Source: Bacilli bacterium (GTDB lineage Bacteria; Bacillota_I; Bacilli_A; RF39; UBA660). From it: a DNA stretch of 64,000 bases. Both the position numbers and the translations under genes were made by a program. Below the pieces are notes generated by a model. That model saw only the letters and a list, made by a program, of their open reading frames with translations. It had not been told where the DNA came from and ran no database searches. The stretch covers positions 4,252 to 68,251 of the forward strand of contig CAAGEE010000002.1 in the NCBI GenBank assembly GCA_900768815.1. The letters are read 5' to 3'. This document shows, in pieces, positions 55,465-64,000 of this stretch (the first letter of the stretch is position 1; each line of letters opens with the position of its first letter).

Positions 55465-57588
55465 ATGAAAAATAATAAAGGTTTTACTTTGATTGAAATT
55501 TTGGTAGCAGTTACAATACTTGCTATTATTTCATCTATTTCAATAATTTCTGTTACTAGGTATACGGAAAGAACTAAAAAGAAAGCTTATGAAACGATGT
55601 TATTGAGTGTTTGTGATGCAGCAAATAACTATGTTTTAAATGAAGGTTTAGAATCTGATGTTATAGGGGCTGGTGGTGCTGGTGTTACTTATGATGCGGT
55701 AAATTTAATGGATGATAAATATTTGGAAGATTTGATTGATCCAGATGATAAACAAAGAAGATGTGGAGCTAATGTTAATGTTAAACTAGTTAATGGTACA
55801 CTTGATGCTGATGGTATTTCGGAATTTTCTTATTTTGTAAAATTAAGATGTAAAAAATATAGTAGTGATACGGGATTTTCTCAAGGGTGTGTTGTCAATA
55901 AGTCGGTAACTGATCCTGGTTCTCCAGAACCTACAATTCCAACAGCTCCTCCTGTACCTGAGCCAGATCCAGATCCAGAACCAGAGCCAGAACCTGAACC
56001 TGAACCTGATCCAGGACCAGCTGGTTCAATATCTTGTAGTGTTGTTAAAGAAAATGGAACTTGGACTAATAAAGTACCAGTAGAAGTACAAGTAAAATGT
56101 ATTTCTTCTGGTAGTAGTGTTTGTAAAAAAAATCTTTATACTGAACAGTTTTCTACGGATAAAAAGACGGCAGTTATTACTGTTTATGATAAAGCAGGTA
56201 ATACTAAATCTTGTAATGCTAAAGTATATGTAGATACTACTATTCCAAGTAAACCTATTGTTAATAATACTTATGATAATATATGGTCGAGTAAACCTTA
56301 TACTGTTACTTTGAGTTCAACAGATAACGTTTCAGGAATTGATTATTTTGCTTATAGATATCCTAATTCTAGTGTTGCTAGTGAAAAAAAGTGGCATAAA
56401 TATGCTAATTCTTCTAGAAATCCTGGTGATAGTACAGCTTTTGTTACTACGGCATTTTCTAAGGAAAGAAATGAGATAGTTGAATTTAGAGCTTGTGATA
56501 AAGCGGGAAATTGTTCTGAGACTAGTACTAGTACAATTAAGATAAATAAAAAAATTCCTACGTGTACTTTGGAAGCTACAGCATCAGGTGTTTCATTTAA
56601 ATCAAAATCTTCTGATGTAGTGGCATTTGGTATGGGGAAAACTTCAACAGCAACATATAATAGTACCTCTTCACTTGGTCTAGCTACTGGTACATTCTAT
56701 GGTTACGTAAAAAATGCAGCTGGTAGTGAAGGCAGATGTAGTATAACTATTTCTAATACAAAGGTATCAAGCTATTCAAAGAGGACTACTACATGTAATA
56801 AAAAAGTATCAAGCTATGATTGCAGAAAGAGTGCTTCGACTGAATACTATTGTCCATCAGGATATAGTGATAGTGGAAGTACGTGTTATAAGAGGACTTA
56901 TGCTAATTCTAAAACTACTTGGACAAAGACAAGTATGTATTGTAAAAAAACGTCATCTACTTCATACGGAACTGTTTATAGATGTAGCGGTAGATCTAAA
57001 AGAAATTGTACAGGGAAATGTAAATGGATGTCTAAAGGAGGTAATAGTACTTGTATAGGTAACCCTAGTAATATATATTGTGATTCTGGTTATACATATT
57101 CTGGGGGAAAATGTAAAAAAACCACTTATTCTTATGAATGGACAAACAGGTCTACCAGTACTGTAAGTAGTTGTAGTGATAATGTGTTTAACTGTATTAG
57201 TAGCAATGCTGGTAGAACATACGTGGCATGTTCTAATAAAAAGACAACTTACTCTTGTTCAACAGGTAGTTTATCTGGTTCGTATTGTTATACTTATACA
57301 AATTATAGTTCTAGATATACTTGTTCATCTGGTAGTTTATCTGGTTCATATTGTTATAAAGATAATCAAAGTTATTGTCCATCGGGATTTAGCTCATATA
57401 ATACAAACTATACTTATACAACTAGTTCTTCTACAGCGAATGCTACAACGTGTACTGTAGGTTCAGCTATTAGTTGTAATTCAGCTAATGTGGGTAAGAG
57501 TTATGTAGCTAGTTGTATACCTAATGGATATGCTTGTGCGACAGGAGCAACAAAGATTAATAATAGTTATTGTTATAAAACTAATTAA
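55465..57588 (+). CDS. modular type IV pilin-like adhesin (707 aa)
   Basis: NNKG|FTLIEILVAVTILAIISSISI prepilin N-terminus, pilin-like head, (P-E/D)n linker, DKAGN-type Ig-like modules, then a Cys/Ser/Thr/Tyr-rich repeat domain. Confidence 0.8.
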   Translation: MKNNKGFTLIEILVAVTILAIISSISIISVTRYTERTKKKAYETMLLSVCDAANNYVLNEGLESDVIGAGGAGVTYDAVNLMDDKYLEDLIDPDDKQRRCGANVNVKLVNGTLDADGISEFSYFVKLRCKKYSSDTGFSQGCVVNKSVTDPGSPEPTIPTAPPVPEPDPDPEPEPEPEPEPDPGPAGSISCSVVKENGTWTNKVPVEVQVKCISSGSSVCKKNLYTEQFSTDKKTAVITVYDKAGNTKSCNAKVYVDTTIPSKPIVNNTYDNIWSSKPYTVTLSSTDNVSGIDYFAYRYPNSSVASEKKWHKYANSSRNPGDSTAFVTTAFSKERNEIVEFRACDKAGNCSETSTSTIKINKKIPTCTLEATASGVSFKSKSSDVVAFGMGKTSTATYNSTSSLGLATGTFYGYVKNAAGSEGRCSITISNTKVSSYSKRTTTCNKKVSSYDCRKSASTEYYCPSGYSDSGSTCYKRTYANSKTTWTKTSMYCKKTSSTSYGTVYRCSGRSKRNCTGKCKWMSKGGNSTCIGNPSNIYCDSGYTYSGGKCKKTTYSYEWTNRSTSTVSSCSDNVFNCISSNAGRTYVACSNKKTTYSCSTGSLSGSYCYTYTNYSSRYTCSSGSLSGSYCYKDNQSYCPSGFSSYNTNYTYTTSSSTANATTCTVGSAISCNSANVGKSYVASCIPNGYACATGATKINNSYCYKTN
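55957..56010 (+). repeat. coding microsatellite-like (CCN-GAN)9 tract encoding a Pro-Glu/Asp linker
   Basis: cct gag cca gat cca gat cca gaa cca gag cca gaa cct gaa cct gaa cct gat = PEPDPDPEPEPEPEPEPD. Confidence 0.9.
57254..57358 (+). repeat. in-frame internal duplication in the pilin Cys-rich domain
   Basis: 57254-57292 and 57320-57358 match at 36 of 39 nt, 66 nt (22 codons) apart. They encode SCSTGSLSGSYCYT and TCSSGSLSGSYCYK. Confidence 0.85.
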
Positions 57589-57604
57589 ATAAATGAAAGT
57601 AATT

Positions 57605-57638
57605 ATAGTCAATACGAATATGTGTTGACTATTTTTTT
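57605..57638 (+). terminator. intrinsic terminator after the modular pilin gene
   Basis: ATAGTCAA / TTGACTAT stem followed by T6. Confidence 0.75.
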
Positions 57639-57831
57639 ATGACTTTGATAAAGTTATTATTACCTTAAATAAAACTATTATGATATTTTATTAGTTGTTT
57701 ATAAAGATAAGAAATGGGGTATTATTAGTAATTATAATGTACTTTATTTTTCTTTTGTAAAGTTTTTGATTTTGTATTTTAAAAGTGTATTATTTTTAGT
57801 ATAATATCTATGTAATGATAGGAGTGGTAAG

Positions 57832-60132
57832 ATGGCTAAAAAGAAAAAGAAAAAAGCTGTTAAGAAGAGTTTTAATTATAGTGCTGAATTATATGGAATA
57901 GTATTAATCTTAATAGCAGTTTTAGGTATTGGAAAGTATGGTCCAGTTGGAAGACTTTTTGCATCGTTTGGTTTATTTTTAGTTGGATCTTTATATAATG
58001 TATTTTTAGTTGTTATATTTATAGTAGGTGGATATTTATTATTAAAAAGAGAATGGCCGGACTTTTTTTCAACTAAACTTATTGGTGTTTATATATTTTC
58101 TTTAGGTCTTTTAATTATGATGCATAGGGAATTTATACTACAGAATGATGGTAATATGACTTTAATATTTAGAGAAACTATTGATCAATTGGTTTTATCT
58201 TTTAATAGTATTATGTCTACTGGGGTGTTAGATAATTGGTTAGCAGTAGGCGGTGGTTTAATTGGCGGGGTACTTGCATCTGTATTTGTTAAGTTATTTT
58301 CATTTATGGGTATGCAGATTGTATCATGGGTTTTAATGATAGCTGGTTTCTGTTTGTTTACTAGTTTCTCTGTAATTGATTTTATTAAGAACTCTATAGA
58401 GAAAAGCAAAGAAATTAAGATTCATAAGAGAGAAGAGAAAGAGGCTAATGAGAAGAAGTCTTCAGTTATTATTAGTGATGGTGAAGATGAAGAAGACGGT
58501 GAGAAAAAACTTTCTAGTAATAATCATATTAAAATTACTAGTATTGATGAGTTAACTAAGGTTCCTGAGAAAAATGAGAAGAACGAGGTTCCTAGTACTT
58601 CAGTTGTTAGTAATGAAGTTAGAGAAACTCCAACTTGTAACTTGAAGTATCAATTACCACCGTTAACTTTACTTGACCAGCCTAAGAAAAGAGAAAAAGG
58701 TCCTGATAATGCGGCAATAGAGAAGAATATTGAAATACTTGAACAAGTTCTTAAAGATTTTAAGATTGTTGGTAAAGTAGTTGAAGTACATATTGGACCT
58801 AGTGTTGCTCAATATGAATTAGAAATTGCTTCTGGTACAAGAGTTAATAAAATTACTTCTATTAATAGAGAGATTGCTTTAGCTCTTGCTAAAAAAGATG
58901 TTAGAATTGAGGCACCTATTCCTGGTAAGAATACTGTTGGTATTGAGTTTGCTAATGACAAAGCTACTCCAGTTAGTTTCTATGAAATTATTAGTAGCAA
59001 GAAAATGCAGGATGCTATGAATAAGAAATTAATGGTTCCTCTAGGTAAGAGTATTATGGGTGATGTTGAGGTCTGTGAAGTTAACAAGATGCCACACTTG
59101 CTTATTGCGGGTACTACTGGTTCTGGTAAATCAGTTTGTGTTAATGGTATTATTTGTTCTATTTTGATGAGAGCTAGGCCAGATGAGGTTAAATTAGTTA
59201 TGGTTGATCCTAAAGTAGTTGAATTATCTGTTTACAATGGAATTCCACATTTAATGTGTCCAGTTGTTACAGATCCTAAAAAGGCTGCTGTTGCATTAGC
59301 TAAAATGGTTGCTGAAATGGAAAGACGTTATGAGACTTTTAGTGAGACTGGTACTAAGAATATTGAATCATATAATGATTATATAGATAAATGGAATAAG
59401 GAAAATGCTCATGATGATTATAAGAAATCTAGAATGCCTTATATAGTTGTTATTATCGATGAGTTATCTGACTTGATGATGGTTGCTGCTAAAGAAGTTG
59501 AAGATTCAATTTTACGTATTACACAAAAAGCTCGTGCAGCAGGTATTCATTTAATCGTTGCTACGCAGAGGCCTTCAACTGAAGTTATTACAGGTTTAAT
59601 TAAAGCTAATATTCCTTCTCGTATATCATTTGCGGTTGGATCTGGAATTGATTCTAGAACAATACTTGATCAGACAGGTGCTGAAAAATTACTTGGTAAA
59701 GGTGATATGTTATTCTTACCAATTGGAGTAAATTCTCCAACTCGTATTCAAGGTTCATTTATTACTGATGATGAGATTAAACGTTTAATTGACTTTACAG
59801 TTGAGCAACAAAAAGTTCAATATGATGAAGCATTATTAAATCTTGAGGCAATTGATCATAATGCAGTTGATGGTACGGTTATTGATGAAGTGGCTGGAGA
59901 TGCTGATAGTGAAGAGGAGTTATATCAACAAGTATTGGAGTTTGTTGTTAGAACACAAAAGGCTAGTGCTTCACTTTTACAAAGAAAGTTTAAGATAGGC
60001 TATAATAAAGCAGCTAGAATGATTGATACTTTAGAGGAACGTGGAGTTATTGGTCCGGCTACCGGTAACTCTAAACCTAGAGAAGTATTGGTACAATTTG
60101 ATGAGAGTTCTACAGGAGAAGTAACAGAGTAA
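57832..60132 (+). CDS. ftsK: DNA translocase FtsK/SpoIIIE
   Basis: N-terminal 4-5 TM, linker, Walker A GTTGSGKSV, Walker B VVIIDELSDLMM, gamma wHTH (LLQRKFKIGYNKAARMIDTLEERGVIG). Confidence 0.96.
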   Translation: MAKKKKKKAVKKSFNYSAELYGIVLILIAVLGIGKYGPVGRLFASFGLFLVGSLYNVFLVVIFIVGGYLLLKREWPDFFSTKLIGVYIFSLGLLIMMHREFILQNDGNMTLIFRETIDQLVLSFNSIMSTGVLDNWLAVGGGLIGGVLASVFVKLFSFMGMQIVSWVLMIAGFCLFTSFSVIDFIKNSIEKSKEIKIHKREEKEANEKKSSVIISDGEDEEDGEKKLSSNNHIKITSIDELTKVPEKNEKNEVPSTSVVSNEVRETPTCNLKYQLPPLTLLDQPKKREKGPDNAAIEKNIEILEQVLKDFKIVGKVVEVHIGPSVAQYELEIASGTRVNKITSINREIALALAKKDVRIEAPIPGKNTVGIEFANDKATPVSFYEIISSKKMQDAMNKKLMVPLGKSIMGDVEVCEVNKMPHLLIAGTTGSGKSVCVNGIICSILMRARPDEVKLVMVDPKVVELSVYNGIPHLMCPVVTDPKKAAVALAKMVAEMERRYETFSETGTKNIESYNDYIDKWNKENAHDDYKKSRMPYIVVIIDELSDLMMVAAKEVEDSILRITQKARAAGIHLIVATQRPSTEVITGLIKANIPSRISFAVGSGIDSRTILDQTGAEKLLGKGDMLFLPIGVNSPTRIQGSFITDDEIKRLIDFTVEQQKVQYDEALLNLEAIDHNAVDGTVIDEVAGDADSEEELYQQVLEFVVRTQKASASLLQRKFKIGYNKAARMIDTLEERGVIGPATGNSKPREVLVQFDESSTGEVTE

Positions 60133-60187
60133 TCTAGTTACTTTCTTTTTTTTAGATGTATGTTATAATGAAATAGGAGGGATAGAG

Positions 60188-60904
60188 ATGACAGCACATA
60201 TAGAAAGCAGTAAAGATGATATAGCAAAGGTAGTATTAATGCCAGGAGATCCATTAAGGGCTAAATATATAGCAGAACATTTTTTAACAGATTATAGATT
60301 AGTTAATAGTGTTAGAAATATGTTTGCATATACTGGTTATTATAAAGGAAATAAGGTTACAGTATTTTCATCAGGTATGGGAATTCCAAGCATTGGAATT
60401 TATGCTTATGAATTATTTAAGTTTTATGATGTAGAGAAAATCATTAGAATTGGTACATCTGGTACTATTCATAAAGATGTTAAATTACTTGATGTTATTT
60501 TAGCGACTAGTGCTTATTCAGTTAGTACTTTTCCGTTATTATTTGATGGGGATACTGATAAGGAATATGAATCTAGTTGTGAATTAAATAATTTAATTAT
60601 GGAAAAGGGTCATGAACTTGGAGTTAATATAAAAGCAGGTAAGATTATTACGAGTGATGTTTTTGATCCATATGTAGATGGAGAAAAGTTTATGAATAAT
60701 TTTCCAAATGATGAATTTTTAGCTAGTGAAATGGAAGCGTTTTGTCTTTTCTATTTGGCTAAAAAATTAAATAGACAGGCAACATCATTACTTACCGTAG
60801 TTGATTCAAAATATGATAAAAGAAGCTTAAGTAGTGATGAGAGGGAACAGTCATTAAATGATATGATTAACTTAGCTTTAGAGAGTGTTTCTAATAAAAA
60901 TTAA
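60188..60904 (+). CDS. deoD: purine nucleoside phosphorylase, DeoD type
   Basis: VVLMPGDPLRAKYIAEHFL is nearly identical to the E. coli DeoD N-terminus as I recall it. SEMEA motif. Confidence 0.93.
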   Translation: MTAHIESSKDDIAKVVLMPGDPLRAKYIAEHFLTDYRLVNSVRNMFAYTGYYKGNKVTVFSSGMGIPSIGIYAYELFKFYDVEKIIRIGTSGTIHKDVKLLDVILATSAYSVSTFPLLFDGDTDKEYESSCELNNLIMEKGHELGVNIKAGKIITSDVFDPYVDGEKFMNNFPNDEFLASEMEAFCLFYLAKKLNRQATSLLTVVDSKYDKRSLSSDEREQSLNDMINLALESVSNKN

Positions 60905-60937
60905 AATACTGAATATACTAATTGATAGAGGTGAGGT

Positions 60938-62209
60938 ATGGAATATATAAAGAAAGATTTAGGTTCTTATAAATTGCATTTAATTAAAACTGATAAATTT
61001 AAATCTATTACTGTTAAAGTTTCATTCCACAGGGTAATAAAGAAGAATGAGATTACTATTAGAAATATTTTAAGTGATATGTTTATGCAATCTAGTAAGA
61101 AATATAATAGTAAAAGGGATTTAACTATAAAAGCACAAGACTTGTATGCAGCTGGTCTTAGAACTACTAATTCAAGACTTGGTAATTATATTAATACTGA
61201 TTTTTATTTGACTGTATTAAATGATAAGTATACTGAAGAGGGAAATTTTGCTAGTTCTTTAGAGTTTTTGAGTGAGATTGTTTTTAATCCAGATGTAGAG
61301 AATGGCCAGTTTAATGAGGAAAAACTTGATATAGTAAAAAGTGCTTGTCGTAGTGCTTTAAATTCTATTAAAGAAGATGCTAGTAATTATAGTTTAATTC
61401 GTATGGCTGAGGAGTTTGGTAAAGGTGAACCTATTTCTTATAGAATGATTGGTTATCTAGAAGATTTGGATGATATTACTGGTAAAAGTCTTTATGAATT
61501 TTATCTAGATATGATTAAGAATGATTTTGTTGATATTTTTGTTATTGGAGATATTGATATAAAAGGGACTACGGATTTAATTAAGAAGTACTTTAAGTTT
61601 GGAGTCTTAAAAAAGTTAAAAGTACCGTTTATGGTAGATGAGAAAAAACCTAGAAGAAGTAAATTGGTTTTAAATGAGAAAATTGATAATACTCAGTCTA
61701 AACTTGCGATTGGGTGTAGGTTAAATGATCTTAATGAGTATGAGAGGGGATATCCTTTAACATTATTTAATGTTATTTTTGGAGGATGTTCAGATTCTAA
61801 ATTATTTAAGGAAGTAAGAGAAGAAAATTCACTTTGCTACACAATTTATTCTATTACTAATAAGTTAGATAATGTTTTGTTAATTAGAGCTGGAATTGAT
61901 AAAGAAAATTATAAGAAGACGGTTAGCTTAATTGAAAAAAATTTAAAAGATATGTGTAATGGTAAGTTTGATGAAACTGATATTTTAATGGCAAAAGAGT
62001 ATTATAATACTGCATTAGAAGAAATTGAGGATAGTCAAAGTAAAATAATTAATAATTATTTAATGATGGAATTAATTAATGCTGATGATATAGATGTAAA
62101 GCGTGAAAAAATGAATAAGGTTACAAAAAGTGAAATAGTTAGAGTTGCTAAAAAAGTGACGATTGATACAATATTATGTTTAGAAGGGGTTAAAGATGAA
62201 GAAAATTGA
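60938..62209 (+). CDS. M16-family peptidase-like protein without HxxEH (YmfF-like, probably non-catalytic partner)
   Basis: 423 aa M16 fold pattern with no HxxEH motif. Overlaps the next M16 gene by 14 nt. Lies downstream of ftsK as ymfF/ymfH do in Bacillus. Confidence 0.75.
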   Translation: MEYIKKDLGSYKLHLIKTDKFKSITVKVSFHRVIKKNEITIRNILSDMFMQSSKKYNSKRDLTIKAQDLYAAGLRTTNSRLGNYINTDFYLTVLNDKYTEEGNFASSLEFLSEIVFNPDVENGQFNEEKLDIVKSACRSALNSIKEDASNYSLIRMAEEFGKGEPISYRMIGYLEDLDDITGKSLYEFYLDMIKNDFVDIFVIGDIDIKGTTDLIKKYFKFGVLKKLKVPFMVDEKKPRRSKLVLNEKIDNTQSKLAIGCRLNDLNEYERGYPLTLFNVIFGGCSDSKLFKEVREENSLCYTIYSITNKLDNVLLIRAGIDKENYKKTVSLIEKNLKDMCNGKFDETDILMAKEYYNTALEEIEDSQSKIINNYLMMELINADDIDVKREKMNKVTKSEIVRVAKKVTIDTILCLEGVKDEEN

Positions 62210-63470
62210 TTTTAGAGGATTAGATGTTAGTTGTTATAAAGAAGTTCTTGATAATGGTTTAGAAGTATTTTTAATTCCTTTTACAAATAAGAAGAATTAT
62301 TTTATGGCTTATGCTACTAGATTTGGTTCTGAAGTCACTACTTTTATACCAGCGGGAGAAGAGAAGAAAATTAAAGTGCCTGATGGTATTGCTCACTTTT
62401 TGGAACATAAAATGTTTGAACAGGAAGATGGTATAGATCCGTTCACATACTTTTCTAAGTCTGGTACTGGTGCTAATGCTTTTACGTCTTTTGATAGAAC
62501 TCAATACATTTGTTATGGTACAAAGAATTTTAATGATAATTTAGCATTTTTATTGAATTTTGTTGATTCTCCTTATTATACAGATGAGAATGTAGAAAAA
62601 GAAAAGGGTATTATTGCAGAAGAGTTAAATATGTATTCTGATATGCCTGATTGGCAAGTTGAAACTAAGTTACGTGAAGCAGTTTATGTTAATCATCCTA
62701 GACGTATTGATATAGGTGGAAGTGTTTCGGAGATTAATAAGATTACTAAAGAAGATTTATATACTTGCTACAACAATTTTTATAGTCCTAATAATATGTT
62801 TTTATTATTAGTTGGTAATTTTAATGTGGATGAGGCTCGTAATATTATTCATGGAGAAATGAATAATCGTAAGAATATGGGTAAACCTGTAGTTAGTGAA
62901 ATCTTTGAAGATAAGAAGGTTAATGTTCATGAAGAAACTTTTTATGCTAATATAAAGGTACCCAAAGTTGCTATTGGTTTAAAAGTTCCTACTGATAATC
63001 TTAGTGATTATGATGATTTGACATTAGATTTATATTTACAGATGTTTAGTACTCTTATTTTTGGTAGTTCATCTTTATTTAGAGAAAGAGTTAGAAATAA
63101 GAAACTATTAAATAGTTTTAGTGCTGACTGGGAATCAATTTCAGGATTTAAAAATTACTTAGTGATTGTATCTACAGATAATCCTGATGAATTTATTACT
63201 GAGTTTAAAAATGAGCTTAACAATATTAATATTTCAGAGGAAGCATTTAATAGAATGAAGAAAGTCTGGATTTCTAGTGAAGTTAAATTATTTGATTATG
63301 TAGATAGTGTTGCTAGTAATGTTTCTGATGATTTGATTAGATATGGAGATGTTATTCCTGATAAGATCGAGAGATTTAGAAAGTTAAATGTTGAAGAGAT
63401 GAATGATATTATTTTAAAGATTGATTTTGATAATATTTCTTACATTAAATGCTTAGGCAAGGAAGAATAG
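62196..63470 (+). CDS. M16-family zinc peptidase (YmfH-like)
   Basis: Inverted zinc motif HFLEH plus downstream EE (GIIAEELNMY). Confidence 0.85.
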   Translation: MKKIDFRGLDVSCYKEVLDNGLEVFLIPFTNKKNYFMAYATRFGSEVTTFIPAGEEKKIKVPDGIAHFLEHKMFEQEDGIDPFTYFSKSGTGANAFTSFDRTQYICYGTKNFNDNLAFLLNFVDSPYYTDENVEKEKGIIAEELNMYSDMPDWQVETKLREAVYVNHPRRIDIGGSVSEINKITKEDLYTCYNNFYSPNNMFLLLVGNFNVDEARNIIHGEMNNRKNMGKPVVSEIFEDKKVNVHEETFYANIKVPKVAIGLKVPTDNLSDYDDLTLDLYLQMFSTLIFGSSSLFRERVRNKKLLNSFSADWESISGFKNYLVIVSTDNPDEFITEFKNELNNINISEEAFNRMKKVWISSEVKLFDYVDSVASNVSDDLIRYGDVIPDKIERFRKLNVEEMNDIILKIDFDNISYIKCLGKEE

Positions 63471-63768
63471 TTATTGTAATAGTTAGTAATTTGTAATGTG
63501 ATGAACGTAGATGAAGGAAACTTCATAAAATAAAAATGGAACACTTAGTTTAGCGTTTGAGTGTTACCTTATTTTGTGGTTTCACCTAACAACTAGTTAG
63601 GTGATTTTCTTTTATATTAAAACTTTTATAGATGAATTTTTTTAGATTATGTGGTGTTTTTAATATAATTATTTTAGGGGTTATTTTACTTGGAAAAAAA
63701 ATTTATATTTTCTTTGATTTACTAAATACTATATGGCATGTTATAATAAGTAAGCGAGGAAGATGTAT

Positions 63769-64000
63769 ATGAAACAGGAAAATATTAGAAATTTTTGTAT
63801 TATAGCACATATTGATCATGGTAAGAGTACTTTAGCTGATCGTATACTTGAGATTACTGGTGCTATACAAAAACGTGAATTAAAAGAGCAAATACTTGAT
63901 TCTATGGAGATAGAAAGAGAAAGAGGCATTACAATTAAGTTAAATGCTGTACAACTTACTTATAAATATAATAATGAGGAGTATTATTTACATTTAATAG
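63769..64000 (+). CDS. lepA: elongation factor 4 (LepA), 5' part, runs off the window (not in the ORF track)
   Basis: [31 protein letters not shown]...[21 protein letters not shown]. TGtTATAAT promoter at 63740-48. Confidence 0.93.
   Translation, partial: MKQENIRNFCIIAHIDHGKSTLADRILEITGAIQKRELKEQILDSMEIERERGITIKLNAVQLTYKYNNEEYYLHLI

Noticed and set aside
55957-56010. Short periodic DNA repeat considered as a possible CRISPR-like or regulatory array.
   Set aside because: It has a 6-nt period, is in frame, and encodes a Pro-Glu/Asp linker inside a long ORF. There are no spacers or cas genes.
8010-62504. Short ORFs from the track that lie antisense to, or out of frame within, well-supported genes: 8010-8309(-), 8736-8954(-), 10036-10395(-), 11299-11511(-), 12910-13176(-), 13270-13455(+), 15173-15373(-), 15464-15673(-), 16086-16337(+), 25412-25705(-), 31552-31737(-), 33172-33381(+), 41386-41751(-), 44356-44553(-), 44372-44566(+), 45650-45847(+), 51002-51208(-), 54068-54262(+), 56816-57058(+), 57176-57460(+), 58185-58409(-), 62271-62504(-).
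   Set aside because: Each is fully embedded in a longer ORF with clear family motifs. They lack RBSs and translate to low-complexity I/L/K/S/F-rich strings typical of shadow frames in AT-rich DNA. The two inside the pilin gene only reflect the stop-poor alternative frame of a Ser/Thr/Tyr/Cys repeat region.
60938-63470. M16 peptidase pair as a possible peptide-maturation (RiPP-like) system.
   Set aside because: The arrangement (a copy without HxxEH followed by an HFLEH copy, downstream of ftsK) mirrors the conserved Bacillus ymfF-ymfH housekeeping pair. No precursor peptide or modification genes are adjacent.

Overview
AT-rich, low-GC Firmicutes-type chromosomal core region read with the standard genetic code. 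Almost every gene is on the + strand. Long blocks are syntenic with Bacillus subtilis: comN-secDF, relA-dtd, T-box-hisS-aspS, a 6S-like RNA, tcdA, lexA, polA-mutM, gmk, murG-murB-divIB-[insert]-ftsA-ftsZ, a murE-like ligase, pro-sigK, yqeG-yqeH, dnaG-rpoD-trmK, nfo, PBP2-rpmG-efp, ftsK-deoD-M16 pair, lepA. Pro-sigma-K, DUF421 and YngK-like genes point to an endospore-forming lineage, perhaps Erysipelotrichia- or Clostridia-like, but that placement is a guess. I saw no rRNA, tRNA, CRISPR array, IS element, prophage or recognisable defence system. The non-routine content is all cell-envelope related: (1) three old tandem GT-C-like membrane paralogues inside the division cluster between divIB and ftsA; (2) an unlisted 49-codon membrane peptide behind a LexA-box promoter, divergent from lexA; (3) three prepilin-type genes with no assembly machinery in the window, one a 707-aa modular pilin with a Cys-rich repeat domain; (4) a class-B-like sortase that seems to lack its catalytic Arg, next to a decayed mini-substrate gene; (5) an arginase-fold protein with its Mn ligands replaced; (6) a HisRS with a Cys/Asp-rich tail; (7) a candidate 6S RNA. 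Several ORF-track starts were moved to the start codon with a credible RBS. Genes missing from the track are rpmG, the 5' end of lepA, the SOS peptide and a DUF2624-like ORF.
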